Shown piece after piece: positions 50,937 to 63,980 of a stretch of 64,000 nucleotides of DNA. Origin of the DNA: Callorhinchus milii. Taxonomy: Eukaryota. The notes below the pieces were generated by a model. That model saw only the letters and a program-made list of their open reading frames with translations, was not told the DNA's origin and did not search any database. Numbering within the stretch: the stretch's first letter is position 1; the number at the start of each line of letters is the position of its first letter. The stretch lies in the NCBI RefSeq assembly GCF_018977255.1, contig NW_024704743.1:15626001-15690000 (forward strand), given 5' to 3'. The translations under genes were made by a program, and so were the position numbers.

Positions 50937-52355
50937 GACTTAAAAGAACTGAACATCTACATACAGACAGGGTCCTATTATCTTTAGTCACCTATGTACT
51001 CTTAGCCATTTCATCCCACCTATGGGATGCATTTCCATTATATCCCTTTTATGGGATAAAGACATCTGAATTTAGGTAACCCCTATGTACCATGCTTGGG
51101 AGAATGGGTCTTCCATTGCAGTTTTGTTTTGAAATGAACGGCATCAGTGTTGTTTTTTTTTAAGTTAGTGGGTATTTTTTTACTCTCTAACAGTGTTACT
51201 GAGAAAAGGATTTGGGGTAAGTGTTTAATATGCATGTTTAGAACACTAAAGTTAAATAAGGCCAAACATAAGCACTGTCTTCTATAGTTATCATTACTAC
51301 CGTAAGTTTTATGCATTTTGTCAGATGTTAACATTTTCACAAGAAGGTGTGTTTTGCTGCAGGGTAGTTATTTTAATGAACGAGTATCCTTGTGAAATTG
51401 TTGACTGATTTGACCAGCTTCGTAAATGAAGCCACCAAAATTACCTGACTCAGGTAGGTCTTTTATTTGTTCTTAATAGTCTGTTGACCTACAGTTGTTT
51501 TAAAAGTGATGTGAAAGGCTTTACAGCCAGCCAGAATGCTTGAGTGTCTTTATTTGATAATGTTATATCAGACATTTTTACTGTTTTAACTTGTTTTATT
51601 TGTACTGTTATTTTGTTTAATTCTCTTGTCAGGAAAGCCATATGGAGGCAGGTACTAGTTTTAGAACAATTTTAATGATTGTTTTTTTTGTTTGGGCTCC
51701 ATAGTACTGTATGCAGTCTAAAGTAGCTGTGATCATTTCTTAATTGTTAGTCTAGTGAACTAGAATGTATTGGTTGCCCGTCATGAAAAGCAGCATGTTA
51801 CTTGCTGAATACATGTCTATTAGGTATGTGCCTTATTTTTTGTGTCAGTTTTACACATAGGGACCAAGGATACTGCCAAATCTCTGATTGATAGATGTGC
51901 TTGATGTTAAGCAGTTAACACTCCACTGTTTAGTATTTCCTCTCTGAGGTGTCACGTCTGATGCCCTAGAATCTGTGTATTAAAGCTCATGAATTCTTCA
52001 GTTTAAAAACCTATGCTATTGTGGTGTATCTTTCAAACTGGTAAAATACACACAATACCTTCAATAATTTCAGTATTTTTTAGACTTCTTTTGGTGGAAA
52101 AACATTAATAAAATGTAATCCTCTTAATGTAAATACATAAAATATAGAGTTAGGATTGCCATGAAGAATTTTAGTGATATTGTTGACATTTTCAGCTGTG
52201 ATCTGTAAGGCCCACGTAGCCTTTGACCAGACTGAAGTGTGTAGCAGTGTGTATGTATACAATGTACTTTTGCTTTCAGAACCACTTAGCTATTGTACAA
52301 CTGAGGAACAAACATTTGTACAATTTTAATAAACTTCTCATTCTTAATTTTTCCA
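50937..52355 (+). other. gli3: Probable GLI3 3' UTR
   Basis: Repeat-free, AT-rich stretch after the stop codon, ending at AATAAA signals just before the repeats resume at ~52476. The true end needs transcript data. Confidence 0.65.
52328..52333 (+). terminator. Candidate polyadenylation signal
   Basis: AATAAA preceded by TGTA elements (ttgtacaac, tttgtacaattttAATAAA). An alternative AATAAA lies at 52107-52112. Confidence 0.55.
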
Positions 52356-52475
52356 AGTGCATCTTTTGTAGATTGTGGCTTAAACAGGGTGCTGCATAAC
52401 TTGCAAATAAATGGCAAGAGGTAAGAATTTCTATTCAAACATTTTAATATTAAATACTTTGATTTACTTATATCA

Positions 52476-52895
52476 ATAAATAATAATCCTTGCATTTGAT
52501 ATAGTGCCCTATCATGTTGCTGAGACATCTCAAAGCGCTTTACAGAATATATTGTAAAGTAGATTCACTGTATTTTGTAGGTGAAACTCGGCAGCCAATT
52601 GCGCACAGTAGTATCCCAAACAGTTGTAGATTGACACACTTTTTTTGAGGGTGTGGAGTGGGGAGGGGCGGGATTATTACAACAACAACTTGCACTTATA
52701 TAGCGCCTTCCACTCACAGTTTAACAGTATTAACCCCTGGAAAGCGATCTGCCAATCGACCTAACAATCGGGTTCCTACTTACTGCTAGGTAAACAGAGG
52801 TATGTGGAGTAAGAAATCTTGCCTACCACCCTGCCGGGGAATCAAACCCAGGTCCTTTCACTTGCAAATCAAGCGTGCTAACCATTACACTACTG
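52476..52895 (-). mobile_element. Composite SINE: tRNA head, CORE-like module and internal tail (52679-52895), then a second tail module (52476-52678)
   Basis: Minus strand: head, ggcaagatttcttactccacatacctctgtttacctagcagtaag, aaggcgctatataagtgcaag(ttg)n, then aataatccc... and the common tail. Confidence 0.75.
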
Positions 52896-53005
52896 TGAGA
52901 GATAGGCTGAATAAAAATGGAGTGGACTATAGTAGCTCAAAAGAAGCATAGGTTAGCATTGGTTTAGCTGTAAACCTTTTGAACATCTGTTCACCTGCCG
53001 AATGT

Positions 53006-53365
53006 ATCAGCCTGGTTTGGCTGGTTGCCACTCTCTCCTCTGAGTCAGAAGGTTGTGGGTTCAAGCTCCAAGCCGGGACATGGGACTCACGTAGTCTGAG
53101 ATGGCACACCGGTGCAGTGCTGGCAGTTTGCTGCATTGTTGGAGGTAGAGTCCTTTAGATTAGATGTTAAACTGAAGTACTGTCTACCTGTCAGGTGATC
53201 ATTAAAGATCTATTGGCACCATTTAAAAAATGAAGAGAGTTTCTCCTGCTATCCGGCCCAACAATCCCCCAAATAAAATTGGTCATTCACTTCATGGGTG
53301 TTTGTGAGACTTTGCACTGTACAAAACACAGTCACTGCACTTTACAGTACACTATAAAGCTCTTT
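53006..53365 (+). mobile_element. Deu-core SINE
   Basis: cctctgagtcagaaggttgtgggttcaag head; gcattgttggaggtagagtcctttagattagatgttaaac core. Confidence 0.75.
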
Positions 53366-54174
53366 AGAACTTGTCCCATACCCAAATGCAAAACCAAGGT
53401 TTTGAACCTTTTAATTTGACACTTTACTTAGCAAAATATTGGTGACGTATTTGTCTATTTGAGTTTTCCTAATTCATGAAATCAAACCTCCCATTATAGC
53501 ACCAGCTCAGGATATATATATTATATAATATATATACGTACAAACACACACACACTCACACACACCGCATGACTGCAAACATTCAAATCTGATTTTCTTG
53601 TACCCTAAGAATTAATGTATTAGGATGTACAAAGAATCAGTGATGGGTGTGGACTTGCATTTTTCCTTTTGCCTCTGCCTCAGTTGCTTCCAACCCATTT
53701 CATCTTAAAAGAACACCTGAGAATCGGATGAAGACATCCTTTTGGCTCATTTGATCTCATCCTTCCAGGATATCCAACCTATTGTTCTCCCATTACAGCA
53801 TCAAGATTTTTTTAAAAAATGAGTCCAGCGTTCAGGCCTCAACCAGCCTTCCTGGTAACCTATTCCAAGACTGTCTGACCTCTGATTTCTTCCAGTGAAC
53901 CCGCCTTTGATTTCCTCCTGCCCTCCAGGAGTCCTGGCTTTGAGTGTATACCTTCCATGGTTGTTCAATGTGATGTGGAACAGTTATCAGAGGTTATTAT
54001 TCCAAGAGAGATGATTAAAAAGGTTATATAAGATGGACATATCATCAAGTCCTAATAATTTGTAGCCTATGCAATACCTCTCTGTTTTTAAAAAAAAACT
54101 AGACTGCATCAGGCAGTAAATTATATTCCAGTTCATCTTACTTTAGCTATTAGTAAGTAATAGAATCAAAAGTA

Positions 54175-55400
54175 CAAATTGGGGAAGATTTTGGAAAAAC
54201 ACAACTAACCAGGCCCTGTCAGCATGGATTTCTAAAAGGCAAGATCAACTTCACTTGGAATCTTGTGACACTTATATATAATTTGTTGAAGAAATAACAG
54301 GATAGATAAAGGAAATTCAGTGGCTGTGGTTTATGTGGATTTTCAAAGTGAGTTTAATAAGATACCGTATAAAAGATGTAGGGCAAAGATTATAGTGCAA
54401 GGAATTGAGGGAAATGTGGTCACATTGGGTTGGAGAGTGGAAAGCAAAGAATAGGGTGAAAAGAAAGTTTCTCGGACTTTGGAAATGTAGTCAACAGTGT
54501 TCCAGAGGGAACGTCCTCCCGACGTGAAAAGCGCTATATCAAATGCAAGGATTATTATTATTATTATTATCTCTGTTGGGGCAGCTCATAGTTGCTACAT
54601 ATAAATATCATATCTAATAATGATGAAAGATTATTCAAACATATGATAGACAAATAATCGGGTTTGGAGCCTAAAATACTGAGGAAAGCAAGGGTGGGTA
54701 GAAAGCTTGAGCATATTTAGACTAAATATATATCATATATATGAACATGATATGGATTTAGGAATAGAGGGATATTATTGAAATTTTCTGCCATCACCAA
54801 ATTAGAGGCTTTGCATAACTCACTCTTCCTCGACCCTAGACTCCAGGACCACTGCCTGTTCCCCAATAGGCAGTTGAGCCTTCAGCCTTTCTGCCCCCAC
54901 CCTCTGGAACTCTATCCTAGAGTCCCTCCGTCTCGCTTCCCTACCTTGCCTCCTTTAGGGCCCATCTCAAGACCTTCCTTTTCCACCATGCCTTCAGTCA
55001 TCTTCTTTCCTCCAATCCTCTTAACTTCCACCCCTCTCTGATTCCAACCTGCAGCTCGGGTGCAAACCCCTCATTGTTCAGCGTCTTGGGGCATCCTACA
55101 ATGTGAAAGGTGAAATTTGTTGTTTTTATGAGGATTGTGAAAGTCCGCAAGAGGGCAGATAAGATAGCAGAGTGGGGAAATAGGTGCTCAAAATGTGATC
55201 TTGTTAGTCCATTTTGGGTGTGAGAATAAGGAAAGGAAATTAACCTTAAATTTTAAGATTTTAAATTGTGTAGAAGAGTAGAGGAACCTTATAGTTGTAG
55301 AAAATGCCATATAAAAGGTGGTTTGAAGTATTGAGGGAAAGCACTAATGTGTACAAAGGTGTTATTTTGTAGTCACGGATCAGGAGGAATGTTTCTGTAA
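54175..55400 (+). mobile_element. Highly decayed CR1 RT fragment carrying nested SINE tail (54511-54570) and L2 fragment (~54810-55125)
   Basis: Relics of QHGFLKG, VVYVDFQ, SVPEG|SLLG (equivalent to GVPQGSVLG) and KFSAITKL (equivalent to KFADDTKL), interrupted at the two inserts. Confidence 0.75.
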
Positions 55401-56229
55401 ATATGAACACTGTTAAAACCCTACAATCTTAATTATTTCCCCTGTCTTCCCCTCAAGAATGACTGACCTAAATGGAAAATCCCACCCCTGCTTGAGCTCT
55501 GGGAGATGGTCTGAGGCTCTCTGCATGCTTTCTGCACAGTTGGATCCTCTGCATGAGGTGCCTGGCTACAAGACAAAGCCTCCCATCCATTGCCTGTGAG
55601 GATGGACCAGAGCCAATATTCAATTAGAGATACAATCAATGCACTCAGTTCATATTTAAAAAAAATATTTGCTTATTCTCATCTTCTGTACAAAATGGTA
55701 TCTGTGGCTAAGGAACTCCGAAGCATTGTCTTACCTTGAAACTTAAGGACAAGGTCATTATTTGAATTACTGCCCCCAAATTTTGACTCTCCCACTTTTC
55801 TTTAAAGGAGAGGGATTCATCAATAGGTTTCTGTAGGTATTCAGGTCAGATTTCAATCCCAAGTATAGATGTACTATTTGTAAAGGTGAGAATTTAACAC
55901 TCTTCCAGTTTAACTGTTTTCCATCTTTAAAACTGTTTTCCCTTCTGAAGGCACCACTGACCTGCTGGAATGTAGTTCCACATCTGCCTATAGCATTCCC
56001 ACACTTTGTCAAACTGGCAATTTTTAAGATGAGCCAAGACATTCTTCCAAGGAAAAGGCAACTCACCTCAGCCCCATTTTCTTTCATACAGCTTCCACAC
56101 TAAGGGTTCATTTCAACAGGAGTCACTGTATGGTAATCTTGTCCATTCCTGATCTGCCCATCCTCTCCTTCACCATTATTAAGTGATAGTCCAGTCACAG
56201 TGGGTCAAATTGCCTCCTGTGCTGTAAAG

Positions 56230-56585
56230 ACTTTGAGCTCATTGTCCAAGCTGACACTTCATTGCAGTGCTGGAGTAGTGCTGTATTCTTGGAAGTGCCA
56301 ACCTTCAGATGAGATGTCATAAACATAGGTGCTGTCTACCTGTACAGGTGGATGTTAAAGATCCCCATGGCACTATTCAAAAAAAGATGGGAGTTTCTCC
56401 TAATGGCCAACAATTCCCCCAAATAATAAAAAAAAGTTTCTCATGGTTGTTTGTGGAACATTGCTGTATGCAAATTGGCTGGTGTGTTTGCCTACAAATA
56501 CACAGTCACTACAATTTATAGTAAATCCTGTAAAGTACTTTAAGATGTTTTAATGTAATAAGGCACTATATCAAATGCAATAAAC
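56230..56585 (+). mobile_element. Deu-core SINE
   Basis: ggaagtgccaaccttcagatgagatg...caggtggatgttaaagatccccatggcactattc core plus tail. Confidence 0.75.
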
Positions 56586-58614
56586 TTTGATTCCATGACT
56601 AAATGTATATCTAAACAGTTGAAGAGTTTACACATGTTGGCTTCAACTTGTACCTGAAGGAATTTTCAATCCACCATGAATTACAGACTGCAACAGCTCC
56701 AGTATCTTTGACGGACTTAAAATAATTCTGATGTCTTGCAAGGGACGGAGTCATAATTTTACATTACAACCGTGTTTATTGCGGATTGCGGAATCTCAAA
56801 ATCCTTAGAATTGAGCTGTAGGTGCAATGGTTACAAAAATACTTTCTTGTTACGTGGATGTGTTCTGCTTCACCAGAAAGCCATCACAGGCAAGAAAATC
56901 CTTGTGGGGCTAAGTGTAGGCACTTTGACAATGTGTGTTTAAAGGAGAAATGCCATTACATGTACAAGGAAAAGTTGGCACATTTAGCAACAAGAGGAAT
57001 TTCACCCTGTCAAATGTTTTGGCAGCTTAACCACTATCAGACAGCAGCCAGCACTCTTAATAATCCCACCAAGTTATTTCTTTCTCAGGTGCACATTTGG
57101 GGAGAACTGATAGAGTGTAAAGTGCAAGGTATTGTCGACAAACACAATTAAACAGTGATGGATGGACTGGAGTTAAAACTGTTTGATTGGTCTTACACCA
57201 TCCTTTCCCTCTGATGCCTAGCAAAATGCAAGGAACCATCATAAGCATCGTAATTATTCTATACTTGCATTAAAACTATGGTTCTTCTGTTTCCTTCTGG
57301 CAATCCTTACCCTAAGAGAGGAATTTGCTTTCATAAAAATGAAGTGCATGCTGTTCTGGTAAGTATTCAACATGGTTGCTGAAAGGACAGCTCTTGAGGG
57401 ATCCGTTGTGCAGATAATTTGGCAACATTGTGACTTCAAGACAAAGCTCCTTGTGACCTGAACTGCACTTCCTGTATGTAACCCCATCTGTATCACACAG
57501 ACTTGCAAGACCTTGGCTCAGACCCAAGATTGTCTCAGATTAGATAACAATTTACATTTGTTTAGTGCCTTTCATGTCAGGAGGACATCCCAATTGCTTC
57601 ACAGGGTGAATGGGGAGCTGGATGGTGGGGGAGGAGAAAAGATATCTGAAAGCTTGGTTGAAAAGATGGGTCTTAAAAACTTATCGCTCAATGCAATAAA
57701 ATCAGATTTCCTTGCTACAGGCCCACTTTACAGGGTGAGGCATTTTTACTGATGATAAATTACTAGTTACTCTATTGTTTCCTGAGAAGAATGTTTTTGA
57801 CCCCAATGGTACTAGATAGTCGCGTTCTAGGTTTCACTGATTTATTTTCCCCTAGCAATGTACAATGCCCTCTCATAAATCTATTAATCTCCAAATGCTA
57901 TCGGCCACAAGTCAAGTGTGTGGAATGTCTGGTATCTCAGCACAGCTATCAAGAAGAGTATTGGGAGAGGAAGCAGGGAAAGCATCCACTTAGCACACCC
58001 AGTTGATCTATTAATTATAATGAGGCTCCTAATTTTAACCTTTATCTGTTTAATGCATGAGGTGTTAAGTCGAGGTCCCATCTGCTTGTTCAGGTAGTCG
58101 TTTGAAGAGAGTTTGTCTCATTATTCTGGCCAACAATCGCCCAGATAAAATCAATCTCACTTCATGGACGTTTATTGGATAATGCTGTGTGCAAATTGAC
58201 TGCTGTATTTCTACACAATACACAGTCATTACACTTTACAGTAATTTATGTGAGGTACTTTTAAGATTCCTACTGATGGAATAAGTGCAATATCAAATAG
58301 AATGATTGTTAAAATAATTATCAATGTTAAGTAACGCATAGAAATTTGTTTTAACAAAATATCACAACATAACACACTTTACCCTATTAAAAGTGTGCTC
58401 ACCAATAATCCGTTGCTATGTTTGCAATAACCCATCTCAAATTTTAATCAATTGCCTTTGATCTTCATTCCAGTATTTGATTAGTCTTGTTATCCAAGCC
58501 CAGTTGAATTTATCTCATTTGGTAAAGGTCATCTTTTTGGAATTTTTCCCCCTTCTCTCCTGTGCCAAGTCCATATCCCTTTGCAGAACCAGGAATTTAT
58601 TTTTTCTGTACTAA

Positions 58615-58933
58615 CAATAATAAAATAATAATACTTACATTTGATATAGCGCTTTTCACGTAGGGAGGACGTCCCAAAGCGCTTCACAGAACACACTGTA
58701 AAGTGAATTGACTGTATATTTGTGGGCGAACGGGGCAGCCAATTGCGCACAGCAATGTCCCACAAACAGTCGTAGATTGAAAATGACCAATTTATTATTG
58801 TTTTGGGTTTTGGAGGGATTATTATTAGGCGTGTGGAGTAAGGAAACTTGCCCAAGGTTTCGCCCTGCCTGGAATTGAACTCAGGTCTCTCGCTTGCAAA
58901 GCGAGTGCTCTAACCACTGAGCTACAGGACTCC
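58615..58933 (-). mobile_element. Young full-length tRNA-derived SINE
   Basis: Near-identical to 1234-1555; possible 5-bp TSD ACTAA (58610-58614 and 58934-58938). Confidence 0.9.
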
Positions 58934-60514
58934 ACTAATGCAGTCCTTTTTATGTTTTAAAAAAAATCAGCAATTAATGATGAGAACAGTGAACTGTGAG
59001 CGAGAAGTCGGAGGGATTTAGAACATAAGCATTTGATAGGCAAAAGAAGACCAAAGTCCATCCAGTTCACTTTCCACCATCCTGGCAATCGCTTGCACAT
59101 GTGGTGTCCCAAACTATATATTGTATCCCAAGATATTATTTCTTAACAAAAATGTATCGAATTTGTTCTTGAAAGAATATACACTCTCTGCTTCCACCAT
59201 CTTCCTCAGGAGCCTGTTCCATACCTTTACTACTCACTCAAATAGTGTTTCTGTAGAGGTGAATTGAATTTGGAAGAATTGTCCACAGAACTGGGTGAGT
59301 GTGGCTAAAGGTTCAAACTGCATAAGGAGGTTCTGTTATTTTTTGTGACGTATTCCACAGTGTGGAATTCTTGAAGATGTTTTTCGTAAAAATGTAGTTA
59401 TTTTAGCTTGTTGCTTCCTCAGGATTTAATTGTGCTTCCCTGGTTTTGCACAAAATGCCTTTGAATCATCATAGAAGACATTTTCACCATGCCCCAGTTC
59501 CCACCCCTAATCCACTGACTCTTCATGAACATGGTGCTTAAAGATGGAGCTAATTTGATTTTTAAAAAAAGAATAATTGCAAGTTTTGTGATGGGGTTAA
59601 GGCATTATATTACAGGCTATATTATATTAATATATTACAGGCTAGTGTTAAATTGTGTGGGTATATTTTTTATTATAAATCCATCCATAAAAACATGTAT
59701 TTCATGGTATTTGACCTGCAGAAGCAAAGCAATTTGAGTGGCTTGTCACAACCCAGGATTTCCCCAAGCCATTCATGTTATTATCCCAATGCAAGGCCAC
59801 ATCTGGATCCCAGCTGCAAAGTTATCTTATACAAAACTTCATAGGGTCCCATCTATTGTTGATAACAAAACATTCAGTCTTGTGGTTGAATCAGTTTTCT
59901 CCTCAAGGCTATGTCGACCTTTTCCTGCCTCTTTCCTGGCTCTCTCCTTCTTTAGTATGCTATGATTGTAACTGTGTATAAAGGAAAACCGCTCAGTGAT
60001 GGCACATAAATCCAGGAATCTGGAAGATGTTTGGAAAGGATTTTCACCAATCTTCAGTTCATTCAACTCACTTGGAGTAAAGCCAAGGCAGAATCCATGA
60101 TAATTGAAGTGCTGACATTATGCAAAGTGTTTGCCCCAGCTAATTTGGAAACGTCTTTTGGAATGAAATACAATGAAGAGATATCTATCTGTGGAGGAAA
60201 CATCTTCTCCTCATCCAGAACGTTATAATATAGTAGGAAAATTTTATTAAATGTTATGTTATTAAAAAAATCTTAGTATGTTTGCCTGCCTGTACTGCTG
60301 ATGGTGCTCAATATGCAGAGTCTGAAACAATAGCATGACAGATCGTAAACTTAGTTCAGTCAGTGTACGTTGGAGAGATCTTCCTGTGTGATTACTGTGC
60401 ATTTATAAATAAACACTCTACTCAGATACGTTGCTTAAGCAGAAAGGTGAAAAGACCATGGAGGGCTCGACACGCTCTCAGAGCCATGAATTAGTAAAAG
60501 ACGTGTGTAATAGG

Positions 60515-60985
60515 AATAATAATGCTCCTTGCATTTGATATAGCGTCTTATCATGTCTTCAAGATGTCTCAAAGCGCTTCACAGAATATAATGTAATAAT
60601 AAGAATCTTTGCATTTGAAATAGCACTTTAGCATGTCTTTGAGTTGTCTCAAAGTGCTTCACAGGATATACTATATTTTGTGGGCGAACCGCAGCAACCA
60701 GGTATGCATAGCAGTGTCCCACAAACAACCATGAAATGGGGGATTGTTGACCAGGACACTAGGAAAATCTTCCTTCTCTTTTTGAATAGTGCCACAGGAT
60801 CTTTAATGTCCACCTGAACAGGCAGGCGGTACCTTAGTTTAACGTCTCATTCAAAAGACGGCACCTCCAACAATGTAACATCCCCCAGCACTGCATTGGA
60901 GTGTCAGTTTCTTAGATTATGTGATTCCAAGTCCTGACGTGGGGCTTGATTCAGAGGTGAAAGTGCCACAACTACGCCAGGCTGA
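60515..60985 (-). mobile_element. Deu-core SINE with doubled 3' tail
   Basis: gaatagtgccacaggatctttaatgtccacctgaacagg...gtttaacgtctcattcaaaagacggcacctccaacaatg core; tail present twice (60515-60594 and from 60595). Confidence 0.8.
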
Positions 60986-61699
60986 CTGTTGATTACAGTC
61001 CAACCAGCCTTGCTTATCAGCAGGACTTGGGAGAGCTTCCCATTCATCTGCAAAAAACAAAACAAAAACAAATTACATTTGTTACACCAGAAAACTTTTA
61101 AGAATGAGGTTGATAGATTTTTGGTAGGTTAGGGTATTAAGGGATATGGGAGAAAGTGGGAAATTGGAATTGAAAGGATTAGTTGAGATACAGATCAGCC
61201 ATGATCTACTTAAATGGCAGAACAGGCTCGAAGAGCTGTTCCTATGTCCCTAAAACCCAAGTGGAAAAGGATGATCCTCACTGGACAAGCAGCAGTACTT
61301 GGAATGGCATATTCTAAGAAGGTGACACTGGGAATATATTGGATTGTCTGAGGTGCAGACGTTAAACCGAGATACTGTCTACCTCTTCGGGTGGACATTA
61401 AAGATCCATGCCACTATTCAAAAAGAGAAAACCCGAGTGGATAGGATGAATCTCAATGGACAAGCAACAGGAAGTGTGCTAGGCATAATTTGGAGTGGCA
61501 AGCTATGCAGTTTTAGCTGGTTAGCGTCCAGAAACAAAAAAAATGAAAGGAGCAAGCTATATATGCACTAACTCCTTCAGTCAACGATACTCTCTTAACC
61601 TTGCTGTTTCAGATCTACTAGCAGCTTTATCCAATTAAGTCTGAATAACCTTCATCTCAGGGCTTACACCAGGCTGGGTCTGATTTGTTATTAACACCT

Positions 61700-63645
61700 G
61701 GCTGCCACATTGAGCACATGTTTCAATGCCTTGGAACAACCTGAATCATCCTTCTATTCCAAGGTAATGTTGGAGGCCAAGGACAAACCCAGTCACTACC
61801 AGCCGGCTCCTCTGTTCACCCTCTCACTCCTCGCCCATCCCCTCTGCCAACTATAAGCAAGGAAATGCCGGATTTCCTTGAGACCAAAATTGAAGGGATC
61901 CATTCAGCTGCCTCCACCCTTCCAACCACCACCCCTCACCATCTCTCCCTCATATTCTGACCCATGCCCCTTACTCCCTCCACACCTTCGAACCTGTCTC
62001 TGCCTCTCCTCTCTCACCACCACTAAAACCCATATGAAGCCCATCACCTGCTCCCTCAACCCCATCCCTACCCTTCTCCTTATGTCCTAGCTCCACCTCC
62101 TCCCCTTTACTCTCAGACCTCATCAACCTCTCTCTGTCAACTGGCACCATTTCCACCCCCCTAAAAACAGCTGTCTTTACCCCTATCCTAAAAAAATCTT
62201 CCCTGACCCCCATCCCTGCTCACTAACTACCATCCCATCTCCAACCTCCCTTTCCTTTCCAAAATCCTTGAAAGAGTTGTTGCTTCCCAACTTCACTCCT
62301 TCCGCTCCTGCCATTCCCTTTACAAATCCCTCCAATCAGGTTTCTGTGCTCCCCACAGCACAGAAACAGCCCCGGTCAAGGTGGCAAATGACATTCTGTC
62401 CCATCTGTGACCAGTGCTTCCTCTGTCTCCTCATCTTCCTTGACCTCTCTGCTGCCTTTGACACTGTACACCACTCTATCCTCCTCCATTGTCTCTCCTC
62501 TCACTTTAACCTTCAAGGTTTTGTCTGTGAATGGTTCAGATTCTATCTCTCACACCAGCTCCACTTTGTATCCACAAATGCTTCTTCTCCAGCCCCCGCA
62601 CCATCTCATATGGTTTTCCTCAGGGCTCAGTCCTCTTCAACTTGTACATGCTCCCTCTTGGTGATATCATTCGCAGAAATGGGTCAACTTCCACATGTAT
62701 GCAGATGACACCCAACTCTATCTCTCTGCCTCCACCCAATACTACTGACAGACTGCCTGTCAGACATCAGTCCTGGATGAGAGCCAACTTTCTATAGTTG
62801 AACGTCAGCAAGACCAAGGCTCTCCTGATTGGCTTGTACCAGCACCTCCACACCTCAGGCACTGGAAGCATCAACCTCCAAGGATGCACACCCCACCTCA
62901 CCAAGCCAGTCAGGAACCTAGGAATCTTGTTCGACTCTCGACTGACCTTTCTCCTCCATATCGGGACCATGACCCACTCTGCCTTCCCCCATATTGCCTG
63001 ACTCCACCACCGTCTCACACCTCAGGCCACTGAAACCCTCATACGTGCCTTCATCACAACCAGACTCGACTATACCAATGCCCTGCTTGTTGGCCTTCCC
63101 AACTGTTCCCCACACAAGGTGCACATCATCCAGAACTCTGCTGGTTCATTTCCTCTGCCGCATCAGGCTCCATGACCCCATCACACCCACCATCGTCTGG
63201 CTCCACTGGTTCCCCATCCCTCAGAGGATCGAGTTCAAAATTCTCATCCTCGCCTTCAAGGCCCTCCATGGCCTTGCCTTCTCCTACCTCTCTGACCTGC
63301 TAACCCCTTATCTGTCCACCTGTCCACTCCCTCCACTCAGCTACGGCTTACTCCATGTCCCCCACCCAGCGCACCCCATCATTGGCGTCCAGACCTTCAG
63401 CCTCTCTGTCCCCACCCTCTGGAACTTCATCCCACATTCCCTCGCTCCCTCCCTTGCCTCCTTCAAGGCACGCCTCAAGACCCTCCTCTTCGACCGTGAC
63501 TTCGGCCACTCTCCTACCATCTCTGCCCTCCACCCTCCCTGATCCTCACCCCTTCCCCCTGCTCGGCTCCTAATCCCTGACTGTTCAGTGCCTTGGGATG
63601 TCCTCCCGACGTGAAAGACACTTTACAAGTGTAATTTTGTATTGT
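61700..63645 (+). mobile_element. Longer, more decayed L2 LINE fragment
   Basis: [60 protein letters not shown]; many frameshifts; L2 tail. The 5' boundary is approximate. Confidence 0.9.
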
Positions 63646-63884
63646 AAAGATCCATTATCTGTTTCAGTGAGAAGTCAGAACAGATCTCCACAGCACTTCC
63701 ACATATTCCAAATCTCGGGTCACAACCTTTGAAATCAGTTCTCTTGTGAAAACTGGTTTAACTCTAGCAATACTGCCAAGTATAAGAACCTGAACTCATT
63801 AGACCCTTATGCATATCCTTCAGTTCACAATCATAAATAATTCTGATACCAGTCAACTCCACAAACTGTCTATTGTTTGTGGCC

Positions 63885-63980
63885 AATTTTCTCCCATTCT
63901 CTGCTGAAGGTGCCTACTCTTTGCTGGGTTGTGGTTGCACCAGTAGTTAGGCATACTCAGTACTTTGCTCAGGTTGACCA
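63885..63980 (-). mobile_element. Possible AmnSINE2-like 3' end
   Basis: ttttctcccattctctgctgaaggtgcctactctttgctggg resembles the reverse complement of the recalled 3' end. Confidence 0.4.

Noticed and set aside
50585..50956. 123-aa antisense ORF over the GLI3 C-terminus
   Set aside because: Shadow ORF opposite a coding exon with no independent homology or signals.
53513..53536. Perfect 24-bp palindrome TATATATATTATATAATATATATA
   Set aside because: Low-complexity (TA)n sequence is trivially self-complementary.
55433..56087. Minus-strand ORFs as exons of a neighbouring gene
   Set aside because: No recognisable protein similarity and no consistent exon chain.
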